NCBI GenBank assembly: GCA_964508905.1
Contig: CAZDVO010000001.1
Coordinates: 81,374-145,373, forward strand
Origin: an uncultured bacterium
GTDB lineage: Bacteria > Omnitrophota > Omnitrophia > Omnitrophales > Aquincolibacteriaceae
Reading direction: 5' to 3'
DNA: 64,000 nt
In this document: piece after piece, positions 9,500 to 17,815 of the stretch
Layout: the number at the start of each line of letters is the position of its first letter
Numbering within the stretch: the first letter of the stretch is position 1
Translations under genes and position numbers: made by a program
Notes under the pieces: generated by a model
Told to the model about the DNA's origin: nothing
The model's input: the letters and a program-made list of their open reading frames with translations, nothing else
Databases searched by the model: none

Positions 9500-10738
9500 A
9501 TGAAAAAAGTCCTGTTGTCCGCTTTTGCCTGCGATCCTTTTAAAGGGTCAGAGCCCGCTTGTGGATGGAACTGGGCCGTAGGTCTGGCTCAAAAAAAGTA
9601 TGAGGTCCATTGCCTGACCCGCGGGACCAATCGCCCGGCGATCGAGCGGCATCCGGGGTCCTCCAACGTTTATTTTCATTACGTATCTCTCCCGTTCGGG
9701 TTCGAGGGTCTGTATAAGCTATCCCAGGCTGGAATGTATTTTTATTATTTCTTATGGCAGTGGCTGGCGTATCGGGTCGCGATAAAGTTGCACAAGCGTC
9801 TGAATTTCGATCTTGCGCATCATGTAAGCTGGGGCAATTTTTTTTGCGGATCTTTTCTGTACAAATTGCCAATCCCGCTCCTTTTCGGGCCGGCCGGAAG
9901 CGGACAGCGCGCGCCCGCTGTTTTCAAAGACTATTTTCTGTCGGGATGGTCGGCAGAGCTCAAGCGGGAGTTGGCGGCGAAGCTGTTGCTTCGTTTCAAT
10001 CCAGCCTGTTCCAGGATGATCCGCGCGGCGAAGGCTGTGATCGTGTCGAATCGCGAGACCCTGGAATTGGCGGAACGGAACGGCGCAAAGAATCCATACC
10101 TCTCGCTTGACGTAGCAATCCCCGCAGATTTTTTTCCTCCATCGTTCCCCGAACGGAAACGCGAGGAAGGACGGCTGAAGCTTCTGTGGACCGGGAGGTT
10201 CTTGCCGCGGAAAGGCCTGCCGCTCGTCCTCGAGGTGATGAAAGAACTGCGACCGTTCCCGGAGATCACACTGACCATAGTCGGGGATGGCGAGGTCCGA
10301 GCGGATGTTGAGAAACGTGTTAAGGCCGGAAACTTGGAACAAAGCGTTCGACTGGCCGGAAGTGTATCGCATCAGGAGATTCGTTCCTTCTACGCCTCCC
10401 ACGACGTCTTCTTTTTCACCTCCCTGAGAGATTCCTGCCCCTCGCAGCTGATCGAAGCTATGGCTTACGGCCTTCCTGTCGTGACGCTCGATCTCCACGG
10501 ACAGGCGGTGATCGTCTCGGAGCGGACAGGCATTAAAGTGCCGGTCACGTCACCGGAGAAGGTTATCCAAGGTCTTGCTGGGGCGATCCTCGACCTTTTC
10601 GGGAACCCTGCGCGGTATAACGCAATGAGCCGGGCCGCTTATGATTTTGCCAATCAACAAACGTGGGAACGTAAAATCGAAGAGATAACTTCACAGTTCT
10701 ACACTAAAAGACAGAAAACCATTTCAAAAGAGTCTTGA
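9500..10738 (+). CDS. glycosyltransferase, GT1/GT4 family
   Basis: 412 aa; C-terminal GT4 signature (FFFTSLRDSCPSQLIEAMAYGLPVVT). Confidence 0.7.
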   Translation: MKKVLLSAFACDPFKGSEPACGWNWAVGLAQKKYEVHCLTRGTNRPAIERHPGSSNVYFHYVSLPFGFEGLYKLSQAGMYFYYFLWQWLAYRVAIKLHKRLNFDLAHHVSWGNFFCGSFLYKLPIPLLFGPAGSGQRAPAVFKDYFLSGWSAELKRELAAKLLLRFNPACSRMIRAAKAVIVSNRETLELAERNGAKNPYLSLDVAIPADFFPPSFPERKREEGRLKLLWTGRFLPRKGLPLVLEVMKELRPFPEITLTIVGDGEVRADVEKRVKAGNLEQSVRLAGSVSHQEIRSFYASHDVFFFTSLRDSCPSQLIEAMAYGLPVVTLDLHGQAVIVSERTGIKVPVTSPEKVIQGLAGAILDLFGNPARYNAMSRAAYDFANQQTWERKIEEITSQFYTKRQKTISKES

Positions 10739-10749
10739 AGAGGGAGAAG

Positions 10750-11535
10750 ATGAAAAACTGTCCCGTTTTTGTAAGCTCGGCCGATGTTTATTCCGATCTG
10801 TGGTTCCTTTTTTTTGATTTGTTCAAAAAAAACTGGCCGGAATACACGGGCGATATTTATTTAAATACGGAAGAAAAACAGTTCCGCTATGAAGGGTTGA
10901 ATATCAAATGTACTAATGTTGGGAAAAGAGGATGTTTTGGTAAAACCTTTCGAGCGGGATTGGAACAGATAGAGTCATCCTGCGTGCTATTGATTATGGT
11001 AGATTACCTTTTTATGGGGAAGGTTAATGACCAACGGTTGCAAGATTGCTTTCGTTGTTTCCAAAAGAACGATCTAGATTCTCTTTGTTTGTTTCCTGTT
11101 GACTACACGCGGAGCACTTACCTTGATAATGGAATAAACATTGTTATCCCACCCTCGAAAGATATGTTTAGCCTCCAGAGCGCTTTTTGGAAAAAACAGA
11201 TATTGCGAGAGATGGTTTTGCCACACGAAAACCCATGGTTGGCGGAATGGTATGGCACGAGACGCGCCAATGTGGAGAAAATAAAATTAGGCTATACGAC
11301 AAACGACAAACCCATCCCATATTTTGCTCGGGGGGCTCTGCATTCCGCGCGATGGAACGAACCAATCGTGCCTTTCTTAAAAAAATCCGGTTATGAAGTG
11401 GATTTTTCTAAACGGGGTATTTTTATAAAAAAACCAGTGACGCTTTTCATGAGAGCGAAAGGGCGGGTAGAAACTTTTATCCCCCGCTACTTGTCAAATC
11501 TGGATTTGTTGAAGAGGAAATATTTTAAAAAATGA
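10750..11535 (+). CDS. hypothetical protein encoded by a low-GC gene, possibly a GT-A-like sugar transferase
   Basis: 261 aa from the ATG after GAGGGAG; strikingly AT-rich (about 38% GC) against 55-60% in the flanks; no recognisable motif beyond a possible D-x-D-like segment (IMVDYLF). Confidence 0.3.
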   Translation: MKNCPVFVSSADVYSDLWFLFFDLFKKNWPEYTGDIYLNTEEKQFRYEGLNIKCTNVGKRGCFGKTFRAGLEQIESSCVLLIMVDYLFMGKVNDQRLQDCFRCFQKNDLDSLCLFPVDYTRSTYLDNGINIVIPPSKDMFSLQSAFWKKQILREMVLPHENPWLAEWYGTRRANVEKIKLGYTTNDKPIPYFARGALHSARWNEPIVPFLKKSGYEVDFSKRGIFIKKPVTLFMRAKGRVETFIPRYLSNLDLLKRKYFKK

Positions 11536-11822
11536 TTTTAGACAGTATGTCTGTATAAAAGATCAAAATGTTTTAACAGGCTGGCGATAAGGGTTAAAAA
11601 GAGCAGGTTTGAAGCTGTTTTCTTTAGGAGGGAATTTCCCAGAACGATAATGGCGAGAGAAGGTAAAAACAATTATAAACGAGTATTTTGCTGTTTTTTT
11701 GGAGAAAGGAACCTTCTCCAGCTTGAAAATAGTGGAAAAGCGTTGTCATGCTGAGCGCTTTCAAAGTCGCTTAGATGTAAGACGAATGCAGAGAATAGAA
11801 GGTTTAAGCGGAAGGAGAAAGG

Positions 11823-13685
11823 ATGTATCTCAAGGGTGTTATCCCCGAGACGTTTGAAAGAAAGAAGGGGGTTGAAAATTTAAACAAGGCAAGAGCTTTT
11901 TTTCGTAGAACGGGACTGCGCCTGCGCCATTTTGCTCCTCCGGTATTTTTTGCGCTTATTGCAGCGGCGTTTGAAGGGGTGGGGTTTGCCTTGTTGGTTC
12001 CTGTAACGCAAGGGGTGATCAGCGGGAATTTCGATTTCTTGGGAAAATACCCTTTGTTGCAGAAGATTATTGTTTTCGTCCGGGGATGGCACGGATTTTT
12101 GGGGCTGCAGACGGATGTGGTCGTTCTCGTAGGGCTTATTCTTTTTGCGATGTTTTTCAAGAACACATTCAATTACCTTTCCACGCTTGCCGCGGCCCGA
12201 CAGATGGTGCGATTTTCGAATGATCTTCGAAAGGTTATTTTTAGCCGTTATTTGCAGTTTGGTGTGGGGTATTTTCACAAGAAAAGCATCGGGCATCTGC
12301 ACCAGGTTTTGGTGACTTTTGTTCAAATGCTTGGCAAGGAGTTTACCGAGGTCCAGCAATGCGTCTATCAGGGATCCACTCTGTTGATCTATTTGGGGAT
12401 CATGCTGTGGATCTCTCAATCTATGACGCTTTTTACCGTGATCGCTTTTCCTCTCCTTTATCTGGCCTTGCACAGTTTGATTCAGAAGCTCAAACGGTCC
12501 TCATCCTCTTATTCCAAACAATTCATGGATCTCAGCAAAAAGATCGCCAACAGTCTTTCTTGCACGCCTCTGATCAAGGCCTGTAGCTCCGAGACGCAGG
12601 AGCTCAAGTGGTTCTGTTTTGCAAGTAGCCGGGTGGCGGATTGTGAATTTCGGGTAGAGAAAAAAAGACTTCTTGTACAGCCGCTCCAAGAGGTTATCCT
12701 TCTGATCGTCATCTTGATCCTGGTGGCAGCGATGGCCTTTATCGCGTCGGTTTCGCCGGCGGAAAATCGTGTGGCAGGGTTTCTTGTTTTTTTCGTTGTC
12801 TTGCGGCGCGCGGCTTTCTCTTTTGGTGTTTTTAACCGTATTCAGGCGGCGCTTGCGGTGATGAAGGGGCCGCTAAGCGAGATTGAGGGAGTTCTAAACG
12901 ACGATGAAAAATATTATGTTTCAAGCGGAGAAAAAAAATTCACCTTATTCAAGGAAGGCTTCGAGGTACGAGGACTTAATTTTTCATTCTCAGCCGATAC
13001 TCGGGAAATCCTTTCGGATATCTGTTTAAAGATCCCGAAGGGGAAAAGGATCGCGCTTGTAGGGCCAACCGGCGCGGGAAAGACAACCCTGGTCCATCTT
13101 CTGATGCGGCTCTATGATGCCCCTCCCGGAACGATCTATCTGGATGGTACAGATATCCGGGATTATGAGACGGGATCGCTTCATGAGAAAATGGCACTGA
13201 TCAGCCAGGAAGCGTATCTTTTTAACGCTTCACTCCGGATCAATCTTATCTACGGTCTTCGTCGGGAAGTTTCCGAAGAGGAGATCGTTGCGGCACTTGA
13301 CCTGGCGCGGCTCACAGAGTTGATCGCTCACCAAGCGGATGGGTTGGATGCCGAGATCGGGGAGCGTGGGATTAAACTGTCCGGGGGAGAAAAACAAAGA
13401 CTTTCTATTGCGAGGGCTATCCTCCGCCGACCTGAGATATTGATTTTGGACGAAGCTACAAGTTCTCTGGATACCGTTACGGAGCAGCAGATTCAGGAAG
13501 CTCTCGATGTGGTTGTTCGCGGTCGCACGGCGATTATTATTGCGCACCGTCTTTCCACTATCAAGAATGTGGATAAGATTGTCGTGGTAGAAGATGGGCG
13601 CGTTACGGAAGAAGGTTCTTTGGAAGAACTTCTTGCCCAACGGGGTAAGTTTCAACAGCTTTGGGAAGCCCAGAAGTTTTTCTGA
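11823..13685 (+). CDS. ABC exporter, fused permease-ATPase (MsbA/lipid or glycan flippase type)
   Basis: 620 aa; six N-terminal TM helices; Walker A GPTGAGKTT, ABC signature LSGGEKQR, Walker B ILILDEAT; RBS AAGGAGAAAGG. Confidence 0.8.
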   Translation: MYLKGVIPETFERKKGVENLNKARAFFRRTGLRLRHFAPPVFFALIAAAFEGVGFALLVPVTQGVISGNFDFLGKYPLLQKIIVFVRGWHGFLGLQTDVVVLVGLILFAMFFKNTFNYLSTLAAARQMVRFSNDLRKVIFSRYLQFGVGYFHKKSIGHLHQVLVTFVQMLGKEFTEVQQCVYQGSTLLIYLGIMLWISQSMTLFTVIAFPLLYLALHSLIQKLKRSSSSYSKQFMDLSKKIANSLSCTPLIKACSSETQELKWFCFASSRVADCEFRVEKKRLLVQPLQEVILLIVILILVAAMAFIASVSPAENRVAGFLVFFVVLRRAAFSFGVFNRIQAALAVMKGPLSEIEGVLNDDEKYYVSSGEKKFTLFKEGFEVRGLNFSFSADTREILSDICLKIPKGKRIALVGPTGAGKTTLVHLLMRLYDAPPGTIYLDGTDIRDYETGSLHEKMALISQEAYLFNASLRINLIYGLRREVSEEEIVAALDLARLTELIAHQADGLDAEIGERGIKLSGGEKQRLSIARAILRRPEILILDEATSSLDTVTEQQIQEALDVVVRGRTAIIIAHRLSTIKNVDKIVVVEDGRVTEEGSLEELLAQRGKFQQLWEAQKFF

Positions 13686-13732
13686 TTTTTTAATGACCAA
13701 GGCGGGCGAGTTTTCTCCAAAAGCCTTTGTTT

Positions 13733-13760
13733 TTGCTTTTCCTTCCAAAATCCGTATAAT
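13733..13760 (+). promoter_or_regulatory. sigma70-like promoter (TTGCTT-N16-TATAAT) upstream of tRNA-Arg
   Basis: hexamers read directly; would give a leader of about 180 nt before the tRNA. Confidence 0.3.
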
Positions 13761-13943
13761 GACGCCCTCCTAGAGATAGTGTTGTTGCTGAAATACCGCT
13801 AGAGTGAAACCCATCGACCGGCGGGAGGTGAAGTTGCAACCCCATGAATCTCTAAGTATAACGGATATAATAATTTATGATTCATGCGCCCGCCCAACAG
13901 GGGTTGGGTGCAAATACGCGTTATAGAAAGAATCGAGAGATTT

Positions 13944-14017
13944 GCGCCCGTAGCTCAATTGGATAGAGCACGACACTACGGATGTCGGGGTTGCAGGTTC
14001 AACTCCTGCCGGGCGCG
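13944..14017 (+). tRNA. tRNA-Arg (anticodon ACG)
   Basis: 74 nt cloverleaf folded by hand: acceptor GCGCCCG/CGGGCGC, anticodon loop CTACGGA, T-loop TTCAACT; CCA not encoded. Confidence 0.9.
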
Positions 14018-14026
14018 ATTTTAAAA

Positions 14027-14058
14027 GGCATCGTTCTTTAGGGGACGATGCCTTTTTA
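14027..14058 (+). terminator. rho-independent terminator
   Basis: GGCATCGT-N10-ACGATGCC stem followed by TTTTT. Confidence 0.6.
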
Positions 14059-14172
14059 TGTAATATCGCGGCTTTTCCCAAGCTTTTTGTGATGACCGCT
14101 CTCGGAAAATCCCTATAATAAGCCCCGCTTGATGTCATTATGGTGAACAGCTTTCGGTCAGAAGCAGGTTCC

Positions 14173-14679
14173 ATGGAAAAACCCCATCACGAACATTTTA
14201 TGAAGGAAGCGATCAAGCAGGCCATGATCGCTCTCGACAAGGGGGAAGTCCCGGTAGGCGCGGTAGTGGTTTGGAAGAATAAAATCATTGCAAGGGCTTA
14301 CAATCAGATGGAGATGCTTCGAGACCCAACGGCTCATGCTGAAATGATAGCCTTAACCCAGGCCTCTGAGATGCTAAGCCAAATCCCTGAGGCGAAGCCT
14401 GCGAACGGGCGGGAACATCGGGGATCGTTAGAGGGTGCAACGCTTTACGTGACTCTCGAGCCATGCCCTATGTGTGCTGGGGCCCTTGTGATGACGAAAT
14501 GCACCAGCCTTGTGTACGGCGCGCGTGACGCGAAAGCGGGGGCGTGCCACAGCCTTTTCCGTATCACGGAAGATGATCGGCTCAATCATCGCGTTAAGGT
14601 GACAGGCGGGGTAATGGTGGATGATGCGAAGTTTTTGCTCTCGGAATTCTTCAAGAATTTAAGAAAAGAGAAAAGATGA
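14173..14679 (+). CDS. tadA: tRNA-specific adenosine deaminase (A34 to I34)
   Basis: CDA-fold zinc motifs HAE (TAHAEMIAL) and PCxxC (LEPCPMCAGAL); TadA-like length, with one internal insertion. Confidence 0.85.
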   Translation: MEKPHHEHFMKEAIKQAMIALDKGEVPVGAVVVWKNKIIARAYNQMEMLRDPTAHAEMIALTQASEMLSQIPEAKPANGREHRGSLEGATLYVTLEPCPMCAGALVMTKCTSLVYGARDAKAGACHSLFRITEDDRLNHRVKVTGGVMVDDAKFLLSEFFKNLRKEKR

Positions 14680-14728
14680 AGGGCGAGCCAATGGCCCTGC
14701 GTTTTTGTTGGAAGATCACCGGTTTCGG

Positions 14729-14815
14729 GGAGAGGTGGCAGAGCGGTTGAATGCGGCGGTCTTGAAAACCGCTAGGCTCGCAAGGGTCTCGGGGGTTCGA
14801 ATCCCTCCCTCTCCG
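14729..14815 (+). tRNA. tRNA-Ser (anticodon TGA)
   Basis: 87 nt class II tRNA with long variable arm; 3-bp D stem; anticodon loop CTTGAAA; T-loop TTCGAAT; CCA not encoded. Confidence 0.9.
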
Positions 14816-14978
14816 TTTTTCTCAATGAAAAACGACCTTGCCGTCGAGATTAAGGGAAATCTCGTTCGACAAGGCCGCTGGCTTCGGGGAGGGACTCGAA
14901 GGGAGCCCTGTTTTGAAATAGAACTCGATGTTCTGTTTCAAGGGCGGGTGGCCGACCCGAAGCGGAAGCGAAGGGCGC

Positions 14979-15001
14979 CGAATCCCTCCCTCTCCGTTTT
15001 T
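14979..15001 (+). repeat. 23-bp perfect direct repeat of the 3' end of tRNA-Ser(TGA) (GAATCCCTCCCTCTCCGTTTTTC), exactly 180 bp downstream of the original
   Basis: identical 23-mer at 14799-14821 and 14979-15001; the upstream flank of copy 2 retains degenerate T-arm-like sequence (GGGCGCCGAATCC vs GGGGGTTCGAATCC). Confidence 0.6.
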
Positions 15002-15057
15002 CCTGTCCTAAGGATGTTGTGAAATTTGAATGGATCTAAAGAAGGAGCCGAGGACAC

Positions 15058-15597
15058 ATGAAATACAAACTTGTGCCTGTTCTGAAAAAGAACGATATTC
15101 CTAAGGCTTACCGAGATAATCCCATCGGATTGCTTTTGGAATATCATAATCTCGCGCGCCCTTTTGAAAGGTATGATCAAGCGAAACTGCTTATCGGCAT
15201 GTGTATGGACAATCGCAAGCACCTTCATATACCGGATAATTTCGCTTTTATCATCCGGTCCGGCGGCGCCAATCTTCGTTATAGTGAATTCAAGGTCTCT
15301 TATGCGATCGGCGTGGGGAGGGTGAGGCACATCGCTTTGATCGGGCATAATCACTGCGCGATGGGAAATCTGATCGCACGGAAGAAGGAATTTATTAGTG
15401 GGTTGGTTCGGAATGCAGGATGGACTCGGGAATCCGCGGAAGAGCATTTTATGAATTTGGCTCCGATGCATGAGATCGGCAACGAGATCGATTTCGTGAT
15501 GAGCGAAGCTGCCCGGTTGAGCAAGAGATATCCCAAGATCAAGATCGCACCGCTGTATTATCGTGTCGAAGATAATCGGCTGTACTGCATCCGATAG
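15058..15597 (+). CDS. beta-class carbonic anhydrase-like protein
   Basis: 179 aa; C-x-D-x-R (CMDNR) and H-x-x-C (GHNHCAMG) zinc-ligand motifs plus SGGAN segment, as in beta-CAs. Confidence 0.45.
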   Translation: MKYKLVPVLKKNDIPKAYRDNPIGLLLEYHNLARPFERYDQAKLLIGMCMDNRKHLHIPDNFAFIIRSGGANLRYSEFKVSYAIGVGRVRHIALIGHNHCAMGNLIARKKEFISGLVRNAGWTRESAEEHFMNLAPMHEIGNEIDFVMSEAARLSKRYPKIKIAPLYYRVEDNRLYCIR

Positions 15598-15771
15598 ACA
15601 TCCAGACCTCCCCTTCCCAATGTTTCGTTGTTCTTCCCGGGACAGCGCAAACGTTTTTTTCTGTTCGCGAGTTTGACCTACAGCTTCTGTTGGGGTGTGT
15701 GCGGATATTTTTTTAAAGGCCTAGGGACGAAAAGCCGAAACACTGAGGGACCCAAACCTCAAGGAGCGATT

Positions 15772-16143
15772 ATGACCCATGCCCAAGATCACGATAAACG
15801 ATATCAGGAGAGAAGACGTTTCGCTCGAGCGAATATTTATGCGATCACGCGATACTTTTGTCCATTACGTGATACGGAAGTAGGTGTTCAGACGCGTATT
15901 TCTGATATCTCGGAGGGCGGGGCCTTGCTCGTTACTTTTATGGAAGGCGTTCCTGTGGGATCTCCGGTTCGCATGAGTTTTGTCCTGCCCGAAGAGGGTC
16001 GATTGATTGCCGTGGAAGGAATGACGCGACATACCGGCATTTTAGATAAAGACCTTTTCCGCTCCGGGGTTGAGTTTCTCAAGATCAAGAAAAAGGACCT
16101 ACTTGCTATTCGCGATTACGTCGCTCTCCACAAAAAAAAGTAA
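15772..16143 (+). CDS. PilZ-domain (c-di-GMP-binding) protein
   Basis: 123 aa from the ATG after AAGGAG; PilZ motifs RxxxR (QERRRFAR) and DxSxGG (DISEGGA). Confidence 0.6.
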   Translation: MTHAQDHDKRYQERRRFARANIYAITRYFCPLRDTEVGVQTRISDISEGGALLVTFMEGVPVGSPVRMSFVLPEEGRLIAVEGMTRHTGILDKDLFRSGVEFLKIKKKDLLAIRDYVALHKKK

Positions 16144-16227
16144 GGCGCGCATTTTCCGAGCCTGATGGAAGTATCCCCCCCCAATATTTTTTAAAGATGC
16201 GGAAGCTTTTCGCCAGGATCGAGCGGC

Positions 16228-16599
16228 TTATCTGGGTCGGCCAATTATGTCCTTTACGAAGTGATCCAGCAAGGTTTCGAGGTTGATCGGCTTTGTGAGG
16301 TATTCCGAGATCCCCAGAAGCATCATTTTTTTAGCCACGTCTGTATCCTGGCTGGCGGTGAGCGCCACCACAGGCAGGTTGGGGAATTCTTCGCGGATCA
16401 GGCGGAGGACCTCGATACCATCCATGCCGGGGAGTCCGATATCGAGGATCACGAGGGAGGGGATCTCTTTTTTAATGAGCGCCAAACCGTCGGGACCGTT
16501 GAGAGCGAAAGAGGCGCAGTAGCCCGCATCGAAGAGGGTTTCAGTGACCATTTTGCAGATCTCAGGCTCATCATCAATGATAAGGATCTTCTTAGGCAC
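16228..16599 (-). CDS. single-domain response regulator (CheY-like receiver)
   Basis: 124 aa; GTG start after AGGAGG; KKILIIDDEP...LDIGLPGMDG...ALTA...KP receiver signature. Confidence 0.75.
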   Translation of the reverse strand: MPKKILIIDDEPEICKMVTETLFDAGYCASFALNGPDGLALIKKEIPSLVILDIGLPGMDGIEVLRLIREEFPNLPVVALTASQDTDVAKKMMLLGISEYLTKPINLETLLDHFVKDIIGRPR

Positions 16600-16750
16600 G
16601 GGGTCACCTCCTGTCTGTTGGCTATTATAAAACAGGCTCGCGGGTGGCTCCAAGGTTAATCCTTCAAAAAGCTAGGTAAATACGGTTTTTTGTATCGCCA
16701 ACAGACGGAGGGATTGGTAAGATAGCCGCAGTTCATCCTGAGGGCGAATC

Positions 16751-17731
16751 ATGATTACCAGTTTTTTTTACAAAAAAGGCGGACAGATCGAGACCAATCT
16801 TTCGCGTGCACGGCTTCTTTCCGCGCTCAACGAAAAAGACGGTCTCTTGTGGGTCGATTTTGAAGATCCCAGTGAGTTTGAAAGCGATACGCTTGTTGAG
16901 ATCTTTAACTTTCACCCCCTAGCGGTCGAGGATTGCATCAACGAGCATTCCGAGCCAAAAGTCGATGACTATGAAGAGTACCTTTTTTTAGTCGTTCACG
17001 CCTTGACAATGGTTCAAAACAACGGTCAAAAAGAACTTTCCACACTGGAATTGAATCTCTTTCTGGGAGCGAATTATGTGGTGACCTTTCATAAAGTTCC
17101 GCTTGAGAGCGTGACTCAGGATATTTTAAAGACGCAGCAGAAACCGGTTGGGATGATGAGTTCCGGCGCGGATCTTTTGGCCCACACCCTTTTGGACCAT
17201 TTGGTGGACCGATATCTTCCGGCCCTCCACCAGTATGAAGACAAGGTCGATCTTCTTGAAAAAGACATTTTTAATAAGAGTCCTTCCCAAGAGAAGCTCG
17301 CGACGCTTCTTCAGCTGAAACAGGACATATCGACTCTCCGTCGCATTGTGGCTCCCCAACGGGATACCATCCACTTTTTGACCCGTAATGCGGGACATCT
17401 GATCAAAAATAAGCATCTGATCTATTTTCGGGATATCAGTGACCATCTTTTTCGGATTGCGGCGCTTGCCAACGGGATGCATGACCACCTCACCAGCATG
17501 CTGGAAGTCTATTTTTCTTATCTTTCCAGTGAACTGAATATTGTCATGAAACGTCTGACCGTGGTTGCCACGCTGACGATGCCTTCCGTTATGATCGCCA
17601 GCATCTATGGCATGAATTTTCGGGTGATTCCGGGAACTACGCATGAATTCGGTTTTTGGTGGGTCATGATCCTGACGGCGGCAGTTACGGCGGGAATGTT
17701 CTTCTGGATGCGGATCAAGAAGTGGATGTGA
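16751..17731 (+). CDS. corA: magnesium/cobalt transporter CorA
   Basis: 326 aa; C-terminal two TM helices with the YGMNF signature. Confidence 0.8.
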   Translation: MITSFFYKKGGQIETNLSRARLLSALNEKDGLLWVDFEDPSEFESDTLVEIFNFHPLAVEDCINEHSEPKVDDYEEYLFLVVHALTMVQNNGQKELSTLELNLFLGANYVVTFHKVPLESVTQDILKTQQKPVGMMSSGADLLAHTLLDHLVDRYLPALHQYEDKVDLLEKDIFNKSPSQEKLATLLQLKQDISTLRRIVAPQRDTIHFLTRNAGHLIKNKHLIYFRDISDHLFRIAALANGMHDHLTSMLEVYFSYLSSELNIVMKRLTVVATLTMPSVMIASIYGMNFRVIPGTTHEFGFWWVMILTAAVTAGMFFWMRIKKWM

Positions 17732-17815
17732 TCACGAACCACGTGTTATGTGCCATGGTCCACGGATGGCAAAGAGTCTTTGCGGTCCGTGCAATAGACT
17801 GCCTCTCTCGATAAA

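Noticed and set aside
9752-10498. 248-aa minus-strand ORF
   Set aside because: Antisense to the GT4 glycosyltransferase gene at 9500-10738.
14705-15022. 105-aa + strand ORF
   Set aside because: It spans tRNA-Ser(TGA) and its 3'-end repeat, so this is translation through an RNA gene and not a protein.
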